Positions 43,402-55,074 of a stretch of 64,000 bases of DNA are shown in pieces. The notes beneath the pieces were generated by a model. That model was not told the DNA's origin. It searched no databases and worked only from the letters and a program-made list of their open reading frames with translations. Source of the DNA: Mytilus edulis (lineage: Eukaryota); contig NC_092346.1 in the NCBI RefSeq assembly GCF_963676685.1, positions 73,284,001 to 73,348,000 on the forward strand. The letters are read 5' to 3'. The position numbers and the translations under genes were made by a program. Within the stretch, counting starts at the first letter, position 1. Each line of letters begins with the position of its first letter.

Positions 43402-44817
43402 ATGAAGTCAATTATCTGTTTAATATTTGTTTTCATCGCCGTAAATGCTGCTGGTAAAAGGAAATATTATCCTCAACCATACACCGGCGGGAATGGCTAC
43501 ACTGGTGCTGGAAATATGTACAGTGGAGTAAACGGTTACAGAGGTGCACCAAATGGTTATACTGGTGCACCTGCTGGCTACACTGGTGCACCAGCTGGCT
43601 ACACTGGTGGAGCACCTGCTGGATACACTGGTGGAGCACCTGCTGGATACACTGGTGGTGCACCTGCTGGATACACTGGTGCAGCACCTGTAGGCTACAC
43701 TGGTGCACCAACTCCCTATGTTGGTGCACCAACTCCCTATGTTGGTGCCCCTAATGTATACACTGGTGGTAACGCTGGTGCACCTGGAGGCAGTGGTGGT
43801 GCTAGCTACATGCCAGTGGTAAATGGTTATCCTGGTAATGTTGCTCCTTATGACCCAACTGTAGGGACCGGAAGTGGAGCTCCATATGACCCAACTGTAG
43901 GGACCGGTAGTGGACAACAAGGACAAGGAGCTAGTGTAGATGTTGGTAAATTGTTATCAGCTCTCGTTAATGTACTCGTAGAAAGCAAAGAAAAAGCTCC
44001 CGAACCAACATACAACGGAGCAGTAAATGGACCTGCTTATGACCCATTGGGTCAAGGAGGTGCTGGTGGACAAATGGGTGCAGGAGGTGCTGGTGGACAA
44101 ATGGGTGCAGGAGGTGCTGGTGGACCTGCTTATGACCCAATGGGTGCAGGAGGTGCTGGTGGACCAATGGGTCCAGGAGGTGCTGGTGGACCTGCTTATG
44201 ATCCATTGGGTCAAGGAGGTGCTGGTGGACAAATGGGTGCAGGAGGTGCTGGTGGACAAATGGGTGCAGGAGGTGCTGGTGGACCTGCTTATGACCCAAT
44301 GGGTGCAGGAGGTGCTGGTGGACCAATGGGTCCAGGAGGTGCTGGTGGACCTGCTTATGATCCATTAGGTCCAGGAGGTGCTGGTGGTCCAATGGGTCCA
44401 GGAGGTGCTGGTGGACCTGCTTATGACCCATTAGGTCCAGCAGGTGCAGGAGGTGCTGGTGGACCTGCTTATGACCCATTAGGTCCAGGAGGTGCTGGTG
44501 GACCAATGGGTCCAGGAGGTCCTGGAGGTGATAGACCAGCAGCTGGTGGACCAGGTGGCCAACCCGAGCCTTGTGACCCTGCTGATCCATACTGTCAAGA
44601 GCCATGTGATCCTAATGATCCATACTGTCAAGAACCATGCGACCCTAATGTTGAATACTGTGGTGGTCCATGCGATCCAAATGACCCTGCTTGCCAACCC
44701 GATGTTGGTCCAGTCAATGGTGACTTAATGCCATATGATGGTCAAGGTGGTCAAGGTGGTCAAGTTGGTCAAGGTGGTCAAGGTGACCAAGGTGGTCAAG
44801 GTGGTTATAATGGTTAT
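43402..44817 (+). CDS. Gene 2 coding exon 1: secreted Gly/Pro/Ala/Tyr-rich repetitive structural protein (~542 aa in total; silk/elastomer-like, putative shell or byssus matrix protein)
   Basis: Kozak ccaccATG; signal peptide MKSIICLIFVFIAVNA; GYTG(G)APA repeats; GGAGGP(M/AYDP) repeats; four CDPxDPxC-type units; GQG repeats; phase-0 donor TAT|gtgagt at 44817/44818. Confidence 0.92.
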
Positions 44818-45158
44818 GTGAGTAATACTTTAGTTTTCTTCTGTAGTCATTTTCGTTAATACATTTTTATTTTTTTATTTTGTGAGTTCATAAAACACGT
44901 AACGAAAAATTGAAATACTATCACTAGAATTTATGTTGTAATATCAACTTTAGTAAGTACTTTGAGCAAATCGTTAAGGTAACCATAGAGGGACCTAAAT
45001 TGAACTAAAAAAGAGTAAATCATGTTATTCAGTCATAGCATTTGTTGACAGATGTTAAAATGAGACAAACATAATTATTTGTGATAAACCATCTATTTGC
45101 ATACGCCATTGGCCCAACAGTTCAGTTTCTGATTTGTAAAATGATTTTTATTTCGCAG

Positions 45159-45218
45159 GAGTCAAATGGAGATAAATATGGAAACAACAATAAATACGCT
45201 AAAAAATATGGCGGCTAT
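45159..45218 (+). CDS. Gene 2 coding exon 2 (ESNGDKYGNNNKYAKKYGGY)
   Basis: tttcgcag| ... |gtaagt; 60 bp, phase 0-0, open frame, Lys/Tyr/Gly-rich. Confidence 0.85.
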
Positions 45219-45489
45219 GTAAGTTTAAATTCTTGTCATATTTTGATATAATTTTGAAGTTACTTTTATCGAAACACTTTAAATTAATGATGAAATTACA
45301 ATACTAGAAAGCATACGTGTATGTAAATATTATAAAGATAAAATAAAACAAACCAAAAAACAAAAAAGAAACAGAAATAAGATCAATATTTACGATAATT
45401 GTTTTGTACAAAACTATGAGAGAACTGCATTGTTTCTAATGTTTTATTTTTTCTATATGACTCATCATTGATTTTATCTACTGTTGCAG

Positions 45490-45609
45490 GGTAAGAGAAC
45501 CACAACTACACCTAAACCATACGCTAAACCATACGGTAGATCATACAAGAAAAAACCAACAAGAAAACCATATGCAAAGACATATTACACTAAAAGATAC
45601 AACAAGAAG
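45490..45609 (+). CDS. Gene 2 coding exon 3 (GKRTTTTPKPYAKPYGRSYKKKPTRKPYAKTYYTKRYNKK)
   Basis: gttgcag| ... |gtaagg; 120 bp, phase 0-0, open frame. Confidence 0.85.
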
Positions 45610-46008
45610 GTAAGGACTATTTGATAATTATGAACAATGATCGCCATTTAAAGTTTTATATAACGAAGATTCACAATTTATTATATTTTTTCAATTGCAT
45701 TAATGACCTTTTTTTAAATTCTTGGATACATTAAGGATGTTAAGCAGAAATCTTTTTAAAAATACAATGATATACCTTCAATTCTATAACGATGTATAGA
45801 ACATTATCTAAGAAAAATAATTCTAAAATAAAACCGACAAGAGTATTTTACAAAAAAGGCCGGCACGTCAATTTAATTTTGGACAAACACAAGACAATCA
45901 TTACCGGAATTTTAGCTAAAACAAATCTAAAGATGAACATTAATTTTTGAAGTGCAAATTTGTAAATATTTATTAAATTTTTTATTTTATCGATTTTATT
46001 TATTTCAG

Positions 46009-46029
46009 CCTTATGCACCAAAACCAAAG
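46009..46029 (+). CDS. Gene 2 coding micro-exon 4 (PYAPKPK)
   Basis: tatttcag| ... |gtaagc; 21 bp, phase 0-0, continues the KPY motif. Confidence 0.75.
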
Positions 46030-46161
46030 GTAAGCGAATTCGTTGTGAATTATTTTATTCAACAGCCTAATATCGTTAAAACATTTATGTAATTTAATTT
46101 AAACAATGTTATAATATTTTTTTATAACTAATAACCAATATTCTCAAATACAAGGAAATAT

Positions 46162-46550
46162 AGATTCCGCAACTGCAACAAGTGTATTACGATATTTCTC
46201 CACTCGAGACAGTTAAATTTTAATATTTAATATTTAATATTTAAAGCGCGAGGCTTTTTAAATAATTAAAATTTAACTGTTGAGAGTGGAGAAATATCGT
46301 AATACACGAGTTACGGTGGTGGAATCAATCACGTGGAATCAATATCTCTAATGATTTTCTTTTTCTTTTTCAAAGATTTTTTTATGACGTCACAATAAGA
46401 AAATTCAGAAGAAAACAAGAAAATATAACGTCACAATTAAATTTCAACCAATAATTTGCCGAGAACAGATTTTTCACTAGTGAGGAGAAATATTTTTATC
46501 ACACCGGCCAGGAAATGTGAAAATCGCACAAAAATTAGAGAAATAACAAG
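46162..46550. mobile_element. Non-autonomous element with a long internal hairpin, in the last intron of gene 2
   Basis: gtgtattacgatatttctccactc..acagttaaattttaat (46182-46224) is inverted at 46266-46307. Confidence 0.55.
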
Positions 46551-47023
46551 ATTGCTGTAACAAACAAGCAATTAAAAACGAAATGCACAAAACATTTAAC
46601 ATGACGTATAAGGTTGACGACCAAATCGTATTCATTTGTAGTTTTAAATATGCCAATAATGGCAGTCGGGTGAGGGTGGGAATTTGTCTTTATTGTCAAG
46701 AACATTGTGATTAAATAAATATCTAACTTCATTCATGAATGTTCATGAGTTGAAAAAAAACTAAAAGGTAGTGGTGTGTAACTTTTGCTGCTCAGTGGAT
46801 ATACACATGTACCTGAAAACAAGAAAATGTGAGCAAATAATTTCAATTTCATGCACACACTAGGACAAAAATTTACATGCAAATGTGTAATGTGCCGAAA
46901 ACGTGTGTTTTCAATCTCTCCTACTAATGTCTTTATAACTAACCAAAATGATTATTTGGAGAAATAAAAGTATCATGTTGTGTTATTGACTGAAATAAAC
47001 TGACTTTTTCATTATCTTTTCAG

Positions 47024-47035
47024 GGTGGATATTAA
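47024..47035 (+). CDS. Gene 2 terminal coding micro-exon (GGY-stop)
   Basis: tcttttcag|GGT GGA TAT TAA; AATAAA poly(A) signal at 47093-47098. Confidence 0.8.
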   Translation, partial: GGY

Positions 47036-49069
47036 ACAGACTATATGAATGATATTCAGTCACGAAGAACTGTATTATATTGTAAAAGTGTAAATAAACT
47101 AATTGCAGCATACTATACTTAATGTTCCTTGTCATTTGAATATCAACCCTTACTTTTCGTCTGTTGTCTATGATATTTCCAAGTGTAATCTCTTAACTTT
47201 GCATTCAAATTTGAGACAAGATAGATTTCAATATTGTCTTGAGGTTTGACGTGTTGTTCCATATTATCAACAAATAGACTACCATTATAACACACCTTTT
47301 CGCTATTTGTCCGCCATTTATGGATATCACCCATGTTCCCGTAAATTTTTGGCGTCACAGTACAAAATATCTGACGCCACAATTGAAAAGTGATTGTAGT
47401 ATGACGTCAATAGTTCAAGCGGTAAAAATTCTCGGGTCAGCCGGGATTAGCGATAAGGCGTATGGGGAAATAATAGTTGTAAATAATCAATCGAACCACA
47501 CTTGCTCCACTCTCTGAATGAACAGGGACTTGTGCCGGTGAAATGTTTTAAATGTATTGAACTATTTTTTGTCAATATTTTTGTCAATATTTTGTGAGAT
47601 TTTTCTAAAAAACATTTTGTAAAAATCCTTGTACGATGATTCAATTATAAATTTAGTTTTCAAGACACTTTTACAACAGTTCAATAGGTTTTACTTACGA
47701 TTTCATTTGAAAACTTATTACCACAGAGATAAAACGAGCTTGTGATTAGATATATATGAAGTTGTGGTATGAGTGCCAATGAATCAACTCTCTCACCAAA
47801 ATCACAATTTGTAAAAGACGTTATCTAGATTTTTTCCATCTTTATGAAATGTTTAAACCAAAGGACAGTTAATTGATCATTGCAATTGGGTCATTTCAGA
47901 ACAATACAAGAATAAGAGTTAGATTTGAGAGTGTTTTGTTCATAATGATGTCATCCTTCGAATCGACATATATTGCCAAAAAAACAACAACACCCAACAT
48001 AGCCACTTCTATAGAACCTAGTATTTGCTGCATTGTTCGTTTTATCCTTTTATTAGATTTTGCGGTCATACTTTGTGTATTTAAGGGCCAATATTAATCC
48101 CTCATGAACCTGTTCAATTCTCACTCAAAACAGAACCTCCTTCCATAGGCTACTATAAATTGATGCTTTATAACATTGCTTATCACATACGGGTTTGTCA
48201 TCTATTGATAATATATTCCGGAGATGTTATGTCATTGAACAGGAAATTTAAATGTAATATAGTGGAATCTAAAAAAAAATTAAATGGTCTGGCCATTTAG
48301 CACCGTTCATTAATTGATGTTTATGATAATAAGTCATGAATAATTATGTTTTTTTCCCTCGTTTATAACATAAACATCAACGAATGAAATTATGAAACTA
48401 ATCAATTCTAAAGTACCTACATCCAGGGTATTAAACAGAAATCTTCCTATTTAGCACATACATGTAGTTAACTTAATCAAACAATCAAAGCACAAACAAA
48501 CCGGTAACGTGTATGCACCACATATAAACACATCACCGTTTTCGTGCATGAAAAGATATTAAAAAGGTTAAATTATATGGTAAAAGATATTCTTTATATA
48601 GATATCAGAAGATGTGGTATGAGTGCCAATGAGACAACTCTGCATTTAAGTCACAATTTTTAAAAGTAAACTATTATAGGTCAAATTACGGTCTTATACC
48701 CAGAGTGTGGCTCACGCCGAACAGAAAGCTATAAAGGATTTCAATTTTGTTTAGTGTAAAACGTTAAAAATCCACGGTCTAATCTATATAAAAAAAAGCA
48801 AGGAACGAGAATCACTTATGAAGCACATGAACAAACAATAACTACTGAACATCAGATTCCTGACTTAGGACAGGTGCAAACTTTGCAGCGGGTTTAAACG
48901 TTTTAATGATACCAAACATTTACATTATCTGACATAATAGTGTAACATTACAACATAGAAAGACACACTATCAAATATCAACTGAAATAGCTTAACTCAA
49001 TTAAAGACGTAGTTGAAGAGAATTGAGAACCCAAAATTCCGGTGTCGTTAAGTACAGCTATGGTAATTA

Positions 49070-49405
49070 GTTATCAAAGGTACCAGGATTATAATTTATT
49101 ACGCCAGACGCGTGTTTCATTTACATAACTCAGCAGTTACGCTCGGATCAAAATATTTATAATGCCAAACAAGTATAAAGTTGAAGAGCATTGAGGATCC
49201 AAAATTCAAAAAAAAGTGCCAAATACGGCTAAGGTAATCTATGCCTGGGATAAGTAAATTCTTAGTTTTTCGAAAAGTTCAATGTTTTGTAAACAGGAAA
49301 CTTATAAAAAAAGACCATATATTTGATATTCATGTCAAAACCGAAGTGCTGACTACTGGGCTGGTGATAGCCTCGGGGACGAAACGTGGCTCGTTTCGTC
49401 TACAT
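49070..49405 (-). mobile_element. Single degenerate retrozyme-family unit, inverted
   Basis: Reverse complement of the 352-bp unit at 55069-55420; the hammerhead core at ~49101-49143 is mutated. Confidence 0.75.
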
Positions 49406-51423
49406 AATCTATTTTAAAATGAACTTATTTTTTACTGCAAATTGAAAATGGATTTTTTTTTCTTCAAATAGTTTATCCATACTATTATAAAACATTCCTC
49501 TGTTCAATAATTCAGGAATTTAATGTGACAAAGACGAGTGTATGCCTAGTTGCTGTTTGCCACGCTTGATTTTAGTTTTTGTGTTATTATAAATCAGGCT
49601 GTAGGTTGTCTCTTTAAGATTGGTTCTAATTTCTAGATGCCGTTTTTTTTAAATAGCTACCATCATTTCTCCTTATTTTATAAATGTTAATATTAACTGT
49701 GATAGTGCAATCCTTAATCTTATTTATCGATGACATCTTTACGGCGTTTTTGTCTTTTGTCTTGGCATTTGTCCGCTTAAAGCTTGTTTCCGACTTAAAA
49801 GTTTGAATCTCTCTTCAGTAATTTTCACCTCTCTTTTTAAATATATCAACTGATTATATCCATGTTATTCAATCAGGTATAAAAAAAATGCATATGATTA
49901 CAATTATACAGGTTTTTCTTGACAGTTTAATGTTGATCAGTTTGAAGAAGTCGATTTATTATTGTAATATATTAAACAACGGTATATTGAATACATTATC
50001 AAAATTAGTAACAAAACACAAATCTAAATTGCAAGGGGTCAGTTATATAGTTAATTTTAGGAGACAAACGGACTTTAAAATGTTAATAATTAAGAAAAAA
50101 AGTAAATAAATATTTGTACAGTATATATTGTCTGATATGAGCATCCTCGAATCAACATGTTGAGTTTAAATGTTTGTCTCACAGGAGTACATGAAACCTT
50201 AGTGAGTATGTGGGCGACCCTCCGACCTGATGTCTCATTTCGAAATACCTATTACCATTAAAATGTTCAAAACCGTTTGCTTTAAGATGCGTATTTACTT
50301 AGAAGAGACTTAGTAATCTGAATCATTTTTTTTAAATCGATGTTTGGTCTAAATGGGGGTTCCCCATAGGAGTCAAAATGTAAATAGACAACATTACTAG
50401 AATTTTTTCCATCATTCTAGATAATAAATTGAAAAAAAAACATACGGTCGCTTTTGCTAATCGAAGTTATTCTTCACACTTTAACCGCATGAGGTGTACT
50501 GATTCATACTTAAGTCTGGACCTACACGAATTATTTATTAGTTGTTAGCCACTTCTAACTGAGAATTACAGTTGTTCTTAGGTTATGGAAGGGTTGAGAG
50601 ATTACAGATATGTTTAACCCCTTACATTATATATATGCCTTAACCAAACCAGGAGCCTTTTATTCAGTGTTTGTCTTTGTTGCTTATATCTGTTTTTCGT
50701 TTATTGTTTTTTTTTATTCAACAACAGTAATGCTCGCTGTTAACAATTACTCCACTGACACAGCTATCTCAGTGAAGGTCCCTGTTTCATTAGAACCAGA
50801 AGTTCAGGGATTCTTCAGGTAGATAAACTGCATATTGTTAGTCGTTTACAAAATATTATAAATATTACATCAATATAGATAAATAATGCTATTCTAATTA
50901 TATTGAAGTATTTATATTATCTGGCCTTATTTTCGGAAAATTTTCATAGTTCATCCGAGTTTGGGATGACTTCTATCAGTTTCCATGTGTTTCCGGATAA
51001 CGGTTTTTTTCAATCAATATCGAAAAAGATTGTAATTATCTTTGATCTACAACATCGTTTATTGTTTAGTCATAACACAGACGGTTGATGTTGTTTTTTT
51101 TCACTTTTTATTCTGTCGGTATTTTTAGAAGTGCCTATACGGTAAGGGTTTTGCTTATTGTTTAATGTCTACTGTAGCGTACAATTGCTTACATCAATGT
51201 TATTTGGACACTGTTAGATAATTTGCAATCATACTACATCTAATTTTATATCGTTTATTTATTTTCCTCATCACAGGTATTGATACACTTTACATAACGA
51301 CGGTTAAGCAACATATGAATTTAATTAAGATAAAACCAAAATAAAGCTACATTTTATGTTCTTGGAATTGATTATTTCAACGCAGTGCTAGACTTTATAT
51401 TTCTTCAATGAAAGGTTTATATA

Positions 51424-52178
51424 TTATATGCTCTCGTCGCTTGTGCTTTCTAAGTCTGATTCTTCGTCATTCTCGGAACATGTCTCAACCTCAGTGTTAT
51501 CAGAATCAGAGCTATCTTTCGTACAAAAATTTTCATAAGCTTGTATGTCGACATTGTGAAACCCCTTATTATTCCGCCGTTCACTGCCGATTGCAGGTAT
51601 TACTGATTTTCCATTTGGTTTTGAAACAATTCGATCCCGTCGCAAAGACTTTTTTATTTTCCCTTTTGCTTTGATTTTGGGAGAAAGCTTAACAGGTGGA
51701 AGTGGTACTGATCTTAGATTTGATCGACGTGGTGGAGGGAAACGCTCTTTATCAAACTTGTCGGTAACCGGTTCGAGCGATCTTCTTGGAAAAGCTGATC
51801 GATCATATCCAGTGTCCTGTCGGGAGGATGATAATCCTTTCATCAGCTTTGCAAACGTGATAACCTTCTTAAATCTTCTTTTCGCTTCCTGTTGTCTCTC
51901 GAATGGAAGCAAGTCGTCAAGTGTAAAGCCATTCTTCTCCAATAATTCTTCTACGGTCATATCATTGACTGGGTCACGTACGCACAAAGAGGCCTGTCCT
52001 TGTTGAAATAAGATCCTAGCACATGAAATAAATCCATTTCTAGCAGCCATAACTATGGGTGTAAACCCCTCTTTGTTTCCATTATCAACTTTTAAACCTA
52101 GCCTCCGGAAGTGTCGAACCAAGGAATTGGTTCCTATATCATTACCAACCATTGTACAGTACAGCAATGGACTGTTTC
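51424..52178 (-). CDS. ANKRD63: ANKRD63-like ankyrin-repeat protein, exon 3
   Basis: ttcag|GA AAC AGT CCA (G-NSPLLYC, phase 1). Ankyrin repeat NKEGFTPIVMAARNG; LVRHFRRLGLKVD resembles the ANKRD63 LVRSFRRLGLRLD segment as recalled. Basic then acidic disordered tail. Confidence 0.85.
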
Positions 52179-53239
52179 CTGAAGAAAAAGAAAGGGGATT
52201 AATATTTGCATTGTAGTCATGATGTTAATGCTCTCATTTATATCATTATTTACAAAAAAACACGCGTAAATGTTTAAAAAAATATAGTTGAATAAAATAC
52301 CTTTATAGTTTAATATATATTTTTTTCTTTATAATATAACTTTATGTGAGAGAAAAAAAGAACAGAGGCAAACAATCACTAACCAGACATACTTTGAAAA
52401 AAAAATTATAGAAACTATTTGAAAACAAAATGAATGAAAACCTTAATACTTATTTGCGATTCAGTTCTGTCCAGTACTATACACAAAATTTCACATCACA
52501 TTTTATTGCATAAGAAAATAACCAACACAGGAAGTTAACCAATCAAATTTATGCCCCTTTTTCCCTTGTGTACAAGCTTAAGTAACCATGCGACCTCATG
52601 CTTCCAAAATATTCTACAGAAACACCACAAAACAAAATGGTGTTTTGAAACTCACAAGATATATTTTTATGATTCAGAATTGTCTTACGACATTAAAATG
52701 TAGGACAAATTCAAGGGAATAATTTTGTTCTACTCTTTTCTCTTTTTCGTTTGCAACTGTATGTGACACTATGATTTTGTCGTATTGTACCTATAACACC
52801 CTTTATTAAAGGGAGTTTTTTTATATCATTATTTACTACGTATATGTTTTTAAGAATACAGAAAGCCATGACAGTTCATACAGTTGGCCGAAATGAAAAA
52901 GAGCATTTTTTTTTTATTTTGCTGTATTCTTTTAAAGATTGTTTATAGTCCATATTACGTATGAGCAGCTCATGCTTTTGAAATGACAAAAGGATGACAG
53001 GAAGTACTACAAGCGACATTATTTGTGATTTTTGGTGCAACTTTAGTATTATTATTGCAATTTCGAAATGTATAATATGCCAACATAGTTAATTCTTCAA
53101 ACTTTTCTCATCATTTGATTTGTAATTGCATAATTTATCAAATGAGAGAATCATGCAGCCATTCGTTCTTATAGCAGCCGCTGTTCCTTAAAGTAGATTT
53201 TTAAAAGCCACACCATAAACCTTGCAGTATTGTACTTAC

Positions 53240-53417
53240 CTTTATCATCTGTCGTGTCGGGATCTATGTCTCTGTGTTTAACAAAGACTTCTACAAGGTC
53301 GTTGCATCTTTTTTCACAGGCGTAACTCAGTGGTGTTCTACCATTATCATCAGCAAGATTGACGTCTCCGCCATGAAAGAGTAAAAGTCGGGATACCGAA
53401 GTACGTCTCAACTCCTC
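53240..53417 (-). CDS. ANKRD63: ANKRD63-like ankyrin-repeat protein, exon 2
   Basis: ttttag|GAG GAG TTG ... AAA G|gtaagt; encodes the ankyrin repeat LLLFHGGDVNLADDNGRTPLSYACEK. Confidence 0.85.
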
Positions 53418-53756
53418 CTAAAATGTTAGAATTGATACATCAAAATAGCGTTAGTCTTTAACCTTCCTATCTGTTTTTATAACATCAAGTAATTACAAGA
53501 TTAAGGTGATTTAACATATACTTTTGTTTACAATGACCCATTACTCTCTAATAACACTCTATGCTTAATATTTAAGACAGAAGTAGGCAAATTATATTGA
53601 TACTGGCACCGTAATGGCTTGAGTAGTTTTCGATTTTTCTTGTCTTACCAGTTTAAAATCATTTTTAATGAGATACTTCTTTCAGATGAAATCTATTATA
53701 TTCGTAGCGCTTTTCATCCTACATTATTACAACTTAATTATTTTATGTATACCTAC

Positions 53757-54023
53757 CTTAATAGTACATGCTACAATCAAGGGAGTTTTCCCGTTGAAAT
53801 CTCTGGCATTGACAATATTTCCTGGAGATGCTTCAAGAATAAACCTCACTAAGTGTTGTTTTCCTTTTCTAATGGCATCGAACAACATTCTCCCATCTGT
53901 GTCATCATCAAACTTTTCCTCGTTATTTGACATCAGGTTTACTAAGGAACGGATGTAAAAAAAATCAAATAGTTCACCTCGCTGGTTAGAATGTTTCTGG
54001 TACTTCTTTAAAGTAGTGGTCAT
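53757..54023 (-). CDS. ANKRD63: ANKRD63-like ankyrin-repeat protein, exon 1 (start could instead be the Met at 53933)
   Basis: LFDAIRKGKQHLVRFILEA...NARDFNGKTPLIVAC; phase-0 donor AAG|gtaggt. Spliced product is about 399 aa. Confidence 0.8.
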
Positions 54024-55030
54024 TTTTACGCAAACTTTATGTCAAATACTTTGCACGCTTCCAATTTTTCAACCAGACAGAGAGATAACAATCATTTCCC
54101 AAGTAACACGTCAGAGAACAGTAAGGCATGGTACAATCATACTTTACACGCTATAACTAAATGTGATTTTCATTTTACTAATGCAACAAACGAATGTATA
54201 TCTTTTATATCCTTGGTTTTAAGTCAACAATAACAGATATCAAATCACGATTCTTCCTTGTAAACTCTTGACTTTTCATATCTTCAATTAATAAGATTAT
54301 GTTTACAGACATAAAATCAACTAATATGTGTAACAGATTTTTTTATTTACCAATTAATACACTTCTCTTAACCTTTCTCTTCTATTTTCTTATTTCCGTC
54401 GCTTGCAAGGATAACCCTTAATCAATATACATCATTTTATGCTTTGCACTATTAAATGTATCATGTATCTCTTTATAAATAGTTATAAATTCCTTTTTTT
54501 TTCTCTAACAACACCGGAAAAAACTTGACGATAAATTATTTTCAGACGTACCCACAGCGGTAAATTCGATACTGTTTAGATAATTTGTGTGCCTCTTATC
54601 CCAGGAATAGATTACCTTAGCCGTATTTGACACAACTTTTTGGAATTTCGGATCCTCAATGCTCTTCAACTTAGTCTGACGTACTAAATTATAATCCATG
54701 CTCTTCAACTTAGTCTGACGTACTAAATTATAATCCTTGTACTTTTGATAACTGTTTACACCACTGGGTCGATGCTACTGCTGGTGGACGTTTCGTCCCC
54801 GAGAGTATCACCAGCCCAGTAGTCAGCACTACGGTGTTGACATGAATATCAATTGTGTGGTCATTTATATAAATTTCCTGTTACAAAACTTTAAAATTTT
54901 CACAAAAACTATGGATTTTCTAATCCAAGGAATAGATTACCATAGCCGTATTTGGCACAACTGTTTTGTTTCGGATCCTCAATGCTCTTCAACTTTGTAC
55001 TTGTTTGGCTTTAAAACTGTTTTGATATGA

Positions 55031-55074
55031 GCGTCACTGATGAGTCTTTTGTAGACGAAACGCGCGTCTGGCGT
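55031..55074 (+). ncRNA. Type I hammerhead ribozyme
   Basis: Stem I gcgtca/tggcgt; CTGATGA at 55037-55043; stem II gtct/agac; GAAA at 55057-55060; palindromic acgcgcgt stem III; GTC site ending at 55068. Confidence 0.88.

Noticed and set aside
43420-44728. Overlapping alternative-frame and antisense ORFs (HQHLLDP, STSTSWTH, VQEVLVD repeats)
   Set aside because: Shadows of the repetitive Gly-rich coding strand.
44818-44859. ORF-track C-terminus VSNTLVFFCSHFR of gene 2 (likewise the last VS of gene 1)
   Set aside because: Read-through into an intron beginning gtgagt; downstream in-frame exons exist.
51408-52006. Plus-strand ORFs opposite the ankyrin gene
   Set aside because: Antisense shadows of exon 3.
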